A stretch of DNA of 64,000 bases from Naegleria gruberi. Its lineage: Eukaryota. The stretch is from NCBI GenBank assembly GCA_000004985.1, contig GG738930.1. One strand, given 5' to 3'. Under the pieces are notes generated by a model. The model saw only the letters and a list, made by a program, of their open reading frames with translations, was not told the origin of the DNA and did no database searches. A program made the position numbers and the translations under genes. Every line of letters starts with the position of its first letter. The first letter of the stretch is position 1. Shown in pieces: positions 11,444 to 22,702 of this stretch.

Positions 11444-12259
11444 ATGAAGATTGGAATTATTGGTGCAGGTCATATAGGATCAACCCTTGCAAAACTACTT
11501 GTTCAACAAGGTCACACTGTTTTGATTGCCAACTCAAGAGGTCCTCAAACATTGAAACAAGTACAAGAGGAGACTAAGGCAAAACCTGTCGAGCTGTTGG
11601 AGATTGTTCAAGAAGGTGATTTGGATATCATCATTCTCACAATTCCATTTAAAAACGTTTCTCTCCTTCCCAAGAATTTGTTCCAGAACCTTCCTCAACA
11701 AGTGATTGTGGTTGATACGTGCAATTATTATCCAGGAGTTAGAGATTCTCCTACTGATGAATTGGACAAGGAGATCATTACCCATAGTGAATGGGTTTCT
11801 CAACAAATTGGTCATTCTGTAGTTAAAGTGTTTAACAATATTTTGACACATAGTTTGGCAGTTAAGGGTGCTAAAAAAGGTCAAACAAGAATTGCACTAC
11901 CAGTTGCTGGAAATGATCCTTCAAAAAAGAAAGTGATCCTTGATTTGGTTGATCAACTTGGATTTGATCCTGTTGATTCTGGAACTTTGGATGAATCATG
12001 GAGACAACATCCTGCCACACCTAGTTATTGTACTGATTTGAATGTGGATGATTTGAAACAAGCCCTTCATAGTGCTGACAAAACGATTAGAGTTCAACTT
12101 CTCAGTCAAGCATTTTCTCAATACGGTAAGGTACATCTTGCTTATTGTGAAAAGCATGGAAAAGATGCTACCAAGTTTACATTTCAAGACTTACTAGATG
12201 AGGGAGGTGATGAAATCAATGACATTGTTGTCAACATTAACCGTTCATTGTATCAATAA
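11444..12259 (+). CDS. Putative NADP oxidoreductase of the coenzyme-F420-dependent / COG2085 'dinucleotide-binding enzyme' family (bacterial/archaeal type), intronless
   Basis: MKIGIIGAGHIGSTLAKLLVQQGHTVLIANSRGPQTL is the characteristic Rossmann N-terminus of this family; aaaaaaaaATG context at 11444 (the ORF-track start at 11411 is TTG). Confidence 0.65.
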   Translation: MKIGIIGAGHIGSTLAKLLVQQGHTVLIANSRGPQTLKQVQEETKAKPVELLEIVQEGDLDIIILTIPFKNVSLLPKNLFQNLPQQVIVVDTCNYYPGVRDSPTDELDKEIITHSEWVSQQIGHSVVKVFNNILTHSLAVKGAKKGQTRIALPVAGNDPSKKKVILDLVDQLGFDPVDSGTLDESWRQHPATPSYCTDLNVDDLKQALHSADKTIRVQLLSQAFSQYGKVHLAYCEKHGKDATKFTFQDLLDEGGDEINDIVVNINRSLYQ

Positions 12260-12345
12260 TGAACTTATCTGTAAATTAAGGCACATTAAATATTGATTCA
12301 CGATTGTCATGTTTTTAAATCAATTATTGCAAAACTAAAATTATT

Positions 12346-12418
12346 TGCTGACGGACGGGATCGAACCGGCGACCAATGGCTTATTAGACCAACGCTCTAC
12401 CGACTGAGCTACGCCAGC
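12346..12418 (-). tRNA. tRNA-Ile (anticodon AAU), 73 nt
   Basis: GCTGGCG-TA-GCTC-AGTCGGTA-GAGC-G-TTGGT-CTAATAA-GCCAT-TGGTC-GCCGG-TTCGATC-CCGTC-CGTCAGC-A. Acceptor 7 bp with one G-U. A-box and B-box (GGTTCGATCC) present. Anticodon loop CT-AAT-AA. Confidence 0.9.
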
Positions 12419-12539
12419 TATATTCATTGATGAAATAAACCTTAATTGTTCTTCAAATTATCTTTTTCAAGAATGAATACGTTTAAGAGCATTGCAACAG
12501 AATGAAAGAGGATTTGAAAGGAAGTTAAGCAACAAAAAA

Positions 12540-13772
12540 ATGGAACAAATTCTTAAGGAAGAACACTACTTGAGGAATGAAGAAAACCTCAATGTATCAT
12601 CATCCGATAGCAAATGTTCTTCATCAAATAAGAGAGGCCACGAAAGTATTGAATCTTCAGAAGAACACAATCATGAACAATCCACCTTACAACCTCCTTC
12701 TAAATCGCTCAAATTAAATGTTGAACCTCATCAGCAACAAGACGATCTCGAAATACTTCTCAACCGATTGAAAGAAATTGAAGAGGAAAAGTGCAAGATA
12801 ATTCAAGAATTCAAATTACAAGAAGCCTTATTAGAGAAGGAACGTTTGGAAATTCTCTCCATGATAACTCTTGGTAATGAAGAATTTGATACAAAGAAGC
12901 CCGTTCACCTCAATGTTGGTGGATACATACTGACTATTTGTATGGGTGTATTTGTCAATTCTGTGAGGGAACCAAATAATGTAATTGATAAGATGTTTAA
13001 GGGAATAATTCCACTTCATGAAACTCCTTCATTAGTATTCGAGGAGAAGGTTTTCTTTATAGATTGTGATGTTGCTATTTTCAAGATTATTATCGAGTGG
13101 ATGAAAACAGGAGAATGTGAAAAGCTTTCGGAAAAGGAACTGAAATTAGTATTGAGAGCTTGTGAAGAGTTTGGATTTGAGAATTTTAGGAATCACTTGA
13201 TACAAGAAAAACAAGCAACTCTTCCACCAACAGCATCTGACACTATAACTAATTCTAATATTTTGGATCCTAACATATTAAGGGAACTCTTTGAAAAACA
13301 TGTAAAGTCAAAGAATGATGGTTTATTATATAGAGGAACAAGAGATGGTTTTAAGGCAACCGACTTTCACAAACATTGTGATCAACAAGGGAAGACTGTG
13401 ACGATTGTTCAATCAAGAAATGGTCATATATTTGGTGGATTTACATCAAATAATTGGGAATCTTCCAAAGGTTTCAGAACAGATCCCTCTGCATTCATAT
13501 TCAAGATTGATTCTGCATCCATTTCACGATTTGATATCAAATCTGACTCGTATAGGAATGCAATTTCTTGTGATATTGAAAGTCTTCCTTCTTTTGGTTT
13601 GGATTTCAAACTCTCCTCATCATGCAATGAAAATTCCAACTCATACTCCAACTTTGGGCACACCTATCAATTACCAACTGGATTCACTTATGAAAGTGAG
13701 CAGGCAAGAAAGTATTTAGCTGGTAGTTGCAAATTCCAAGTAGTGGAAATTGAAGTATTTAAAGCACTCTAA
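12540..13772 (+). CDS. BTB/POZ (K-channel-tetramerisation-like) plus TLDc domain protein
   Basis: BTB: KPVHLNVGGYILTICMGVF...FFIDCDVAIFKIIIEWMKTGE. TLDc: LLYRGTRDGFKATDFHKHCDQQGKTVTIVQSRNGHIFGGFTSNNWES...YLAGSCKFQVVEIEVFKAL. First ATG at 12540 (aacaaaaaaaATG). Confidence 0.6.
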   Translation: MEQILKEEHYLRNEENLNVSSSDSKCSSSNKRGHESIESSEEHNHEQSTLQPPSKSLKLNVEPHQQQDDLEILLNRLKEIEEEKCKIIQEFKLQEALLEKERLEILSMITLGNEEFDTKKPVHLNVGGYILTICMGVFVNSVREPNNVIDKMFKGIIPLHETPSLVFEEKVFFIDCDVAIFKIIIEWMKTGECEKLSEKELKLVLRACEEFGFENFRNHLIQEKQATLPPTASDTITNSNILDPNILRELFEKHVKSKNDGLLYRGTRDGFKATDFHKHCDQQGKTVTIVQSRNGHIFGGFTSNNWESSKGFRTDPSAFIFKIDSASISRFDIKSDSYRNAISCDIESLPSFGLDFKLSSSCNENSNSYSNFGHTYQLPTGFTYESEQARKYLAGSCKFQVVEIEVFKAL

Positions 13773-14173
13773 TTTTCAATACAATTTATTAACTTTAACA
13801 TATTTACAACTTCTCTAATATTTGCTAATTCGAAAAATTATTTATCTGTAAACCTCTGTAAACCTTCCTGCCTCACTTAATTGAATCTCTCTCATAGCCT
13901 TATTTGATATCAAACATTTGCAAATCAATATCTAAAAAAGTCCTTATGAGGATCATTCAGTCAAAAACCTATTTTTACTCATAATTTACAGTTCTCTCCC
14001 AAAATCAGAGCTAGACTTTACAAAAAAAAATCCAACACATAATATCTTGCGTTTTTTGCGGTCAACAAGAGAGAAGAATCTTTCTTGCAATTCGGAGAGG
14101 AAAAAAGAAAACCCTCATCATTTTCATCAATTAATTGCAACCATCACCATCAGCAGCAACAACAATTGCAGCA

Positions 14174-15784
14174 ATGACCATAGTTACTAATTCATACAAT
14201 TTTAATAATTGTCATAATAGTAGCACCAATAATGCAAGAAAAATGTTGATGAGAGAAAAATTTATTAAATTGGCGCTTCACCTGCAAGATTTGAATGAAA
14301 TTAAGAATGCATTTGTGGAAAAGTATGAAGAAATGAAGAGCCTTGTAGAAACAGTTTTGGAGTGTGGATACGAGCATGATGATGAGGATGAAACAGTTTC
14401 GAATTTTGTAAATGACGAAGAAGAAGAAAAATTGATCAAGGAAGAGTTTGTGAATTTTCTTGATCTGAATGAATTTTTACTGCCCTCACAACAGGAAGTT
14501 GTTGAGCAAGAATCTCATACTGGATTGTTCGATTCACAGTCAATTCCAAAGAGTCTTTCGTCTATGAGTTTATTCAGATGTGCTTCGAGTGAGAGTTTGC
14601 TAACTTCACAGCAATTGTTAAATGATTCTGTAATGATGCAACAAATTGCTTCACCAGAACATGAATCGACAAGTTCAGGAAGTGCATTACTACCATTAAA
14701 TGTGCTTTCAGTTGTTGGTCAACCTTCTGATTTGATTTCACAGAATCTTGTCAAGTCAACCAATAATGTGAAACGGCACAAGCGTGCCAATAAATCACAT
14801 AAGAGAAAGAAATTAATAGAGAAGGAAGATTCTTCAAAAAAGATCAAGATGGAAGAATCAATTGTTCAAACATCCATCGACAATTTTGCAACATTGCTAA
14901 CGAAAGAAAATCCAATCACATGTCAGTCGCCAAAACAAACAGTTTATGGCGAATTTAATTGGATTAATAGTTTTGGATCATTTGGATCTGCAGATGGTCA
15001 ATTTGATGGCCCAGTTGATATTAAATATCTCAGTAGAAGAGACTATCTCCTTGTGGCCTGTTACAATAATAAGAATATTCAAATTTTTGATGCTAAAACA
15101 CTTGAATACAAGTATCAAATTTCCACACAGAGCGAAATTAGAGGAATGGCACTCGATCCCACCAATGACAATTCAATCCTAATCAGTTGTGATGACAGCA
15201 TTGTATCCAGATATACCATTATGGAATCATGGCATGTGGAAATGTATGGCTCTAAAGGATGTAAATCGAATCAATTCAATGGGCCTACAGGAATGGTTGT
15301 CGATGAAGAGGGCAGAATATTCGTATGTGATTGTCTCAATTCTCGAATAGTTGTCCTCTCAAAGGAAGGTCAATTTTTGTACAATTTTGGAGAGAAGGGA
15401 ACTAAGAAAGGTCAATTTCTCATGCCATGGTCTATAACAATTGATTCGTTTGGTAATTTACTGATTACTGATAGTGGACGTCATGTAATTCAAGTTTATT
15501 CACCCAATGGAGAGCATTTGAATGAAATTGGAAAAAAGGGATCTTCCAAATTCGAATTCAACACACCGAGAGCCATCACAATTGATCAAATCACTGGGAA
15601 TGTTCTCATATGTGATGAAGGAAACAATCGTATACAAATATTCAATTCTACTCTGACAGAACATGTGAAAATCATTGAGGATCGACTCCATGCTCCAACT
15701 GGACTCACTTTAGATCCAACAAGAGCCCTCCTCTATGTTTCTGAATGGGATCTGGAACATAATTTCATACAAATTTTCAAATAA
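14174..15784 (+). CDS. NHL-repeat beta-propeller protein with a low-complexity N-terminal region
   Basis: Repeated NHL-type blades: FDGPVDIKYLSRRDYLLVACYNNKNIQIFD, FNGPTGMVVDEEGRIFVCDCLNSRIVVLS, FLMPWSITIDSFGNLLITDSGRHVIQVYS, FNTPRAITIDQITGNVLICDEGNNRIQIF; first ATG at 14174. Confidence 0.7.
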   Translation: MTIVTNSYNFNNCHNSSTNNARKMLMREKFIKLALHLQDLNEIKNAFVEKYEEMKSLVETVLECGYEHDDEDETVSNFVNDEEEEKLIKEEFVNFLDLNEFLLPSQQEVVEQESHTGLFDSQSIPKSLSSMSLFRCASSESLLTSQQLLNDSVMMQQIASPEHESTSSGSALLPLNVLSVVGQPSDLISQNLVKSTNNVKRHKRANKSHKRKKLIEKEDSSKKIKMEESIVQTSIDNFATLLTKENPITCQSPKQTVYGEFNWINSFGSFGSADGQFDGPVDIKYLSRRDYLLVACYNNKNIQIFDAKTLEYKYQISTQSEIRGMALDPTNDNSILISCDDSIVSRYTIMESWHVEMYGSKGCKSNQFNGPTGMVVDEEGRIFVCDCLNSRIVVLSKEGQFLYNFGEKGTKKGQFLMPWSITIDSFGNLLITDSGRHVIQVYSPNGEHLNEIGKKGSSKFEFNTPRAITIDQITGNVLICDEGNNRIQIFNSTLTEHVKIIEDRLHAPTGLTLDPTRALLYVSEWDLEHNFIQIFK

Positions 15785-16219
15785 ACTAAAGACATTAACA
15801 AGAATTCCGCCTCTAGAAAATTAAGAAACTTCCTTATATAGGTCAATGGGCTACCCTTGCTCTTGGAGTTTTAAATTTCTCTCAATTTCAAACATTTCCA
15901 CTGTTCAAAATATTTATGAATATCACTCTCAACCAATTCTTAGAACTCGTTACAATTTAACAAAAATACTTGTTGTTTTTTGTTCTTCAATTTTGTCGAA
16001 TATTTTTGTTGGCGCCCACAAAAAAATTTCAAAAACAAATCAAAAAAAACAACGCAATTTCTTACCTCACGTTTTTGAGAGTAAAAACAATTGATTTACA
16101 TCAACAACAAGCTTGTGAGAAGTGGGTGAATTCACGGACAAGATTCAATCATACCTCTCTATTAATATTATTCAGCAATATCTTAGCATCAAGCTATTTT
16201 TAATTTAAAACAAAAAACA

Positions 16220-17230
16220 ATGCCGTTGTTCTTTCATGAAGGCTTGCTCAAGAAGAGTCGTTCGAGAGCTTCTACGAAGAGGGAGAGAAACACAAACTCC
16301 ACCTCCGAAGGATCATCACTGAAGAGAAAATATACAGATTATGAGGAAGAAGAATTTTGTGATTGTACTGATGATTTTGCTTGGAATTTGCCGATTGCTT
16401 CACCAATTTCAAGTATGGAAGATGTTTGTGATTCTTTTGATCAAAAAGTTAAGAGAATCAAACCTTCATCAAATTTAATTAAATCGGAATTTAGTTTTGG
16501 ACAAACAAATCAAACCATTGTAAATAATTATATTAACATGAACTATAATACAAACAATTCAGAGTTGGACATTTTAAACACCAATTATGAAAGAGTTGAA
16601 AAGATTGAGGAAGATGAATATGCAGAATATTATAGAGTGACAAGAAAATACGACCACAAATTTTGTAAATTAATATTGTTGAAAAACAATTCAAGCGGAG
16701 ACGATATATACAAACTATTGAGTTTGAGAAATTCGAATATAGTAGAAATCACACATTGTGGTCTCATTGGTAAGCGACCATTCCTTGAAACGAAATGGTA
16801 CAGAGATGGTACATTAGACCAACTCCTCAAGAGAGGAGAATTTATTTCCGAGAATAGCTTAACGAGAATGGCCAGCAGTCTTTTAGATTCATTACTATTT
16901 ATTCAGGAAAATAATATTGTCTGCAGAGACTTCAGACCTTCTAACATTCTGGTCGAAAGACATGGTGCATTCGAGTATGATTTGAAATATAATTTGGAAT
17001 TTATTTGCTTTTCATCCCACTCCACTGAATCACAAAAGAGAAATATCAAATCCATTGGACAAATACTCTTCATGCTAATGACTAGAAAATCATGCATCAA
17101 TGAATCTATTACAAGAGAATATCTATTAGAGAACATTTCAGGAGTCTATTCTCCAAAGATTGTCGATCTTGTCCTTGTCCTACTCTTCTCTGATTTAACT
17201 ACTTGCGAAATCTTCCAATTCTTGAATTAA
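16220..17230 (+). CDS. Protein-kinase-like protein, probable pseudokinase (degenerate catalytic loop IVCRDFRPSNILV, no Gly-loop or DFG)
   Basis: ATG at 16220 in aaaaaacaATG context; 336-codon ORF; kinase-like subdomain VIb motif present but HRD is changed to CRD and DFG is absent. Confidence 0.5.
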   Translation: MPLFFHEGLLKKSRSRASTKRERNTNSTSEGSSLKRKYTDYEEEEFCDCTDDFAWNLPIASPISSMEDVCDSFDQKVKRIKPSSNLIKSEFSFGQTNQTIVNNYINMNYNTNNSELDILNTNYERVEKIEEDEYAEYYRVTRKYDHKFCKLILLKNNSSGDDIYKLLSLRNSNIVEITHCGLIGKRPFLETKWYRDGTLDQLLKRGEFISENSLTRMASSLLDSLLFIQENNIVCRDFRPSNILVERHGAFEYDLKYNLEFICFSSHSTESQKRNIKSIGQILFMLMTRKSCINESITREYLLENISGVYSPKIVDLVLVLLFSDLTTCEIFQFLN

Positions 17231-18239
17231 TTCAAATAAAACACGTCCAATCTGTTAAATAATTCAACACTTTAGTAATATTCTATTATCCTTCTTGTCT
17301 CTTAATTGGAGTGTAATTATCAAAAGGCTCATTTATCATTGAAGCATCTGTGCAGCCAAGTTGAACGGACCTGTGGCTAGTACTTTTTGAGATTATTGAT
17401 AGAATCCAAAGTTCAGCACCTGAAACACTATAAAACCAAAATTGTGCATAGAGAGCGAGTAGGGATTATCTGTTACTGGAATAGGGGTCTCAAATTTATC
17501 GTTGCTTCACTAATCTTTCAACAAGTTGCTAAATATTTCAAGATCGCCACAATTCAAGGTATTTCCCCAGTTGCAACCTTTCCTAAAATGTACTTTCATC
17601 TTGTAAGATTTCTTAGGACAAAGTTCTTTTTTGATTTAATTGTCAAGATTCTTCAATACCTTTGCGTTTCATAAACGAAAAAAGTGGAGAGACAACATGC
17701 TATAAAGTACTACTCTATTTCCAAGAACATATGCGGCTGAGAGTTAGTATGAAACAAAAAGAACAACATCGAGTCGATGATTAAGAAGAAGAAGCATATT
17801 GAATCCTATAAAACACAAAGAAAAAGCAAACATTGATCACCAACAACACTTTTTGACACGTTGATACAAAATAATTGCTCAAAGCAACAACTAACCAAAA
17901 GTTCAAAGTCTTCTAATACGGCAACTCGAGACAGAATTGGAAACCTCGTCAGCCATGAGTTTTTTAAGATCGAGTTTCCTACTGCCCATGCATGTGTCAA
18001 CAGTGTTGATTGTAAATAATAACAAGAAGAATATTTAACAGAAAAAAAAGCTTTACTCGCAATCTATACAAGCTGAGTATTAATTATGTGTGATTGAAGA
18101 TAACCACTGTCAATGAAACATGATTTGGTTTCGATTAAAATGACGCTTGAATTGCCATTTTACAAACACTCATTGGAACTATTGATACTTTCCATTACTT
18201 TCTGTCCATGAGTGAAAACGAAAGTGGTCTAAACTGGAC

Positions 18240-19775
18240 TTATTTAAAGGTACAGGTGTGGAATTGAAGACCAGTATCCTTCTTATTCTTACTAATTCCA
18301 TCTTCGATCTGAATCTTGATTCCACCATCAACAAGTTTACATTGTTGCATCTTGATTGGCTTATCGTTTGGATTTGCTTCAACTAACAAACCTTTCGAAT
18401 GTTGTTGATTAACAAAAGTGAATTGATTATGATTGTTCTTATCTTGTCTATTGGCTGGAATCTTTCCCTTCTTATTTGAACTGTTATTACTGTTGTTTGC
18501 AGAGTGTTGATTAACAACAACTTGTTGTCCAACAGTAGTAGTAGTATTATTATTATTGGACATGTAAACTTGTCCATTACTGTTATTCATCATGATTGAA
18601 TTGCCAAATGAATTGGTGGACACATTGGCTGGAGACATGGACATATTGGATGAACAAGTTGAAGTAACAGATGGTGAATTCAATCCACCATTCATATTAT
18701 TCACCATTAACATGTTATTAGCACCACAACTTTGCATCTTGGAATTTGAATAACTTTGAATGGCTTGGAAACATGAAGTTGATCTCTGATGACTACCACC
18801 CTTTCTAATACCTCTTGATTGAGAGGATGAGGATGAGGATGAATTGATGGAGCCTAAGGAAGGAGACTTTGAATGATGGTGAATGCTACGTCTCATACTT
18901 GGGGAGAGACTTTGAATGTTGGTACAATTGGCGAGCATGGAACCCAAGTAGGCTACTTGTTGGGATTGATTGTTATTGGTAATGCTTGGAGAGTTGTTGT
19001 TGATCAACATGGTATTGTTGTTATTATTATTGGTCATGATTGTAGGGGTGGAAATATTTAAAGTATTATGATTGTTTGGGTTGGTATTATTGGAAATGGC
19101 GAGTTGATTGAGTAATTCTTGAACTTGTTGTTCAATACTGGTTGTATTTACATTATTATTACATGAATTATTATTATTATTATTAATATTAATATTATTA
19201 TTTAAATTTAAATTATTATTATTATTAATAGGAGTTGTAGTGGAAGTATTATTTGGATTATTATTATTATTAATGAATTGTTGCCATAATTCAAACACTG
19301 AATTAGTATCCAAGGAGAGTCTTGGTGTACTAGGTGAATGTTGTTGTTGTTGTGTTTGATGATTATTTACATAGCTTTGACTCGTTGTATTACAAAAGGA
19401 GGTGGAAGGATACATCATCATTGTACGATCAACTGCAGCATCCTCACCACATCCAGCCAACAAGACATTACTCTTTGTATGAGGCGTAACAACAACAATA
19501 TTGTGTGCTACTGCTGATGATGATGCTGATGAGGAGGAGGCTTGTGTTGTGGAAGGTATAATAACAGTTGGTGGAGAGAGCGGATGATTCAAGGCTTCGT
19601 GACTCTCCAACTCTTCTCGCATTACAGCGCTAAAATCAAGTTCATCTTCATCGAGCATGGAATCAAAGAGACTTTCTATGGAGGAGGAATTATTGCAAGT
19701 CATCATCATGTGGTGCTGATTATTATTATTATTTGATGATGATGATGATGATTGGAAAAGATTGGAGTAGTCCAT
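18240..19775 (-). CDS. Asn/Ser/Gln/Thr-rich low-complexity protein (homopolymer N and Q tracts), function unknown
   Basis: ATG at 19775 (MDYSNLFQSSSSSSNNNNNQHH...); 511-codon ORF; long (AAT/ATT)n coding microsatellites around 19140-19260. Confidence 0.5.
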   Translation of the reverse strand: MDYSNLFQSSSSSSNNNNNQHHMMMTCNNSSSIESLFDSMLDEDELDFSAVMREELESHEALNHPLSPPTVIIPSTTQASSSSASSSAVAHNIVVVTPHTKSNVLLAGCGEDAAVDRTMMMYPSTSFCNTTSQSYVNNHQTQQQQHSPSTPRLSLDTNSVFELWQQFINNNNNPNNTSTTTPINNNNNLNLNNNININNNNNNSCNNNVNTTSIEQQVQELLNQLAISNNTNPNNHNTLNISTPTIMTNNNNNNTMLINNNSPSITNNNQSQQVAYLGSMLANCTNIQSLSPSMRRSIHHHSKSPSLGSINSSSSSSSQSRGIRKGGSHQRSTSCFQAIQSYSNSKMQSCGANNMLMVNNMNGGLNSPSVTSTCSSNMSMSPANVSTNSFGNSIMMNNSNGQVYMSNNNNTTTTVGQQVVVNQHSANNSNNSSNKKGKIPANRQDKNNHNQFTFVNQQHSKGLLVEANPNDKPIKMQQCKLVDGGIKIQIEDGISKNKKDTGLQFHTCTFK

Positions 19776-21954
19776 GATGTTATTATTATTATTATTGGTG
19801 ATGATGATTTGATGATAAATGAGGGTTTAATTTACAATAATCTGTTGATTGTTTCGGATAGGAATTTGAAATTAATGAGAAGTCAGTCAGTATCATCAAC
19901 AATGAGAATGTACTTACGTTTTTTTGATAACTATTTCGAATAGAATTGCTGATATAATGAGAATGTACTTCAAAAACGTTTCGAATAATAGATGATGAAT
20001 GATGAATATCGCTGATTGGATGGAAAAGAGTGCTCTACTTTAATCTGAGAAAACAGATGACAGACCTAATAAGGAGCTTGCAATATGATCCTCGTAAACA
20101 GACCTAGGTTGAAATGGTTTCTTTTCAGATAGTTTCGAATAAGAAAGGTGTCCTCTGTTCACCAGCGATTTTTGTTGTTTGTTTTTATTTTAAAAGTAAA
20201 GAACCAACTGCTAGAAACAAGTTTGCTTTTGAAAATGATCGGATTTAAAAATCGTCCGCTTTCATTTCTATCAAAAACTACATGGAAGAATCTGGTGACT
20301 CGATGCGCTTGTATGCAAAAACCAAATATCGAACTGTTCACTACCCCATGAGATGTGCATCATTCAACGATCAACAAGTAGGATTGTGATGAGTTTTAAT
20401 GTCATCCATTGTAGTAGTATTATATTTGGGAGCACATTGGACGAAACTGGTCATTTAGAATATGATGATTGTGGGTGAAATCACAGAATCTAACCATTTA
20501 CAACACAAATACAAGAATGTAAATTTTATGGAGCAAATTGAATGTCGTTTGTAGAGCTCATTAAAATTGATGATAGATGGCGTTGCATGCAAAGTTCAGT
20601 TAGATTCAGAATACATTCTGCTTGGGTAACAAAGATAACAACGGAATTACTAATAAAGATCATTAAAATTTCATTTGGAAATTTGATGTATTCATATTTT
20701 TAAATTGTCAACATCAACTGCCATTAATCAGGGCTTTGTTTTGAGGTCAGAAATCATTTTCATTGTCTGATAATTAAGGAACTGAGGCATTGGTACCTCA
20801 TTGTCAAGTGTAGGAATTTTCAATACTACAAACAGAAGTAATAATTTCAAATTTGGTCAATTAGGGAGAACACCTTATTTAATCATTGAAAATGAGTTTG
20901 GATCACAACAAATCTCAAACAAATTCAAAGTAGTGAGATTTCAATAGAATTGACAATATTCATCACCATTTGAATCTCTTTCAATTATTTTCATGAAGAG
21001 AGAAGAAACCAAGTTTCGGATAACCACATGTTTATCCTTCTAACCCAATAAATAATTGAACAACGAAAGAGCCATGAAAAACTCAATGAAAAGTTGTTAA
21101 TTACCATGATGATGATGCAAAGTGCACCAATCTCTTTTACAAAAAACCCAAACATTCGAATTGTCTATCAGAAACCAAACGAATAACGGCCACAACTCGA
21201 TCGATAATTAAAACCAAATTTGCACCTTCCCATTGAACCGTTTTTCCTTAATCACAACAACTGTTTTTATCGAACAACGGAAACATGTTCGGAATTTTTC
21301 AATCCTTTTTAATAAAAATTGCATCCAATTAAAAAAACTGTAAATTCTCACCGTAGTTTGGAAATTGAAGTTTACAAAAAAAAAGTCATCTCACGTGATT
21401 GGTTTCGAATGAGAATTTGAAAATTGTAAAATGATGGAACAAATCTTTCCTTTTAAAAATGTTCAAATATAAAATTGGTTATAAATGACCTGATTTGAAG
21501 GCGTCGTAATTTTGTATGTAAACGTCAACTAGCGCACTAATGAAAAAGTATTAGAAAGTTTCGTATTTCAATACAACATGGTGAATCAATGCATGAAGAG
21601 TTTACTTTTTTGTAATTATTAAAGTTGAGAAAACGTGTTTGGTAAGCAATTTAAAATTTCCAAGTTAAAACTTTGCGAAAGAGAATCTTCAATGTTTAGT
21701 TTACTTTCTAACAAGGATGATCATGCAAAACGGAAGATTAAATATCTTACCCCGGTTGTATAGATCCAATCAGTTGCTTGTGGTGATTGCATTTTCATTG
21801 TAAAAATAGATTCGAATAGATTTTCACAAACTACAATTTTTTATTATTGGGTAGGAGAAAATTCAAGACTTTAATTGTAGATCATTGTAAACCATTGAAA
21901 ATGATCATTGATTTCAATGTTCTTTTTTTTAATATTTAATTTAATTTGAAAAAA

Positions 21955-22569
21955 ATGAATGAAAGTGTTGGGATTAGTTTAGATTCGTTTATTGGCTCTT
22001 CACTGCTTTATTCCAAACTTTCGGTTAATTCACTTTCCCATACACAATCCAACATTCTAAATAACCATCAATTTCTCTCATTATTCCAAGAAACTCTCCA
22101 CTGCAAACAAGTTATCCGAAACTTTGTTGGTTCTGTGGATGGATTCAAATCCGAAACTCTTCATTCCAAATGCAATTATCTGAGAAACATTGTGGTGGTT
22201 ATCAGATCGAGAGTTTATCGTTCAATATTTGGAGGTTTTACAAGAGAACACTTGACAGACAAGTTTCGTATTTTCAAGACAGATTCTAATGCTTTCTTAT
22301 TTAAATTCAATGAAAGTGGAATATTGGAAAGGTTTCCCATCAAGAAAGCTAATTCGTGTGCATTGATCAGTTGGAGTGAAACTCATTTAATTGAATTTGG
22401 AAGTGATCTGGCAATAGTTGAGAATTGTAATGTGAATTTTCATTCATTTTCAAGCTTTTGGATGTTTGAAAGTCCTCCAGAAATGAATATTATGGAAGCA
22501 AATTCATATCTGGCTGGATCTTGTCGATTTCAAGTTGAGGAATTGGAAGTATTTAGTGTGGAAATTTAG
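21955..22569 (+). CDS. TLDc-domain protein (about 205 aa)
   Basis: FVGSVDGFKSETLHSKCNYLRNIVVVIRSRVYRSIFGGFTREHL...SYLAGSCRFQVEELEVFSVEI parallels the TLDc part of the 12540 gene; first ATG at 21955. Confidence 0.55.
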   Translation: MNESVGISLDSFIGSSLLYSKLSVNSLSHTQSNILNNHQFLSLFQETLHCKQVIRNFVGSVDGFKSETLHSKCNYLRNIVVVIRSRVYRSIFGGFTREHLTDKFRIFKTDSNAFLFKFNESGILERFPIKKANSCALISWSETHLIEFGSDLAIVENCNVNFHSFSSFWMFESPPEMNIMEANSYLAGSCRFQVEELEVFSVEI

Positions 22570-22702
22570 ATGAGCTCAACTCTGTGTGAAATTGACTTGC
22601 AAAATTGAAAAGCTCAGCTCGTGGATAGGCACATGTTTTTTTCTAATTTTGAACAACTCCTTTGAGCTTCTTCACCAACAATCTGCGCCATTACATTAAA
22701 AA

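Noticed and set aside
19776-21954. 2.2 kb AT-rich region between divergent genes as a possible hidden gene or element
   Set aside because: Only short, compositionally biased ORFs (20148..20351 and its antisense); no repeats or motifs seen. Treated as promoter/intergenic DNA
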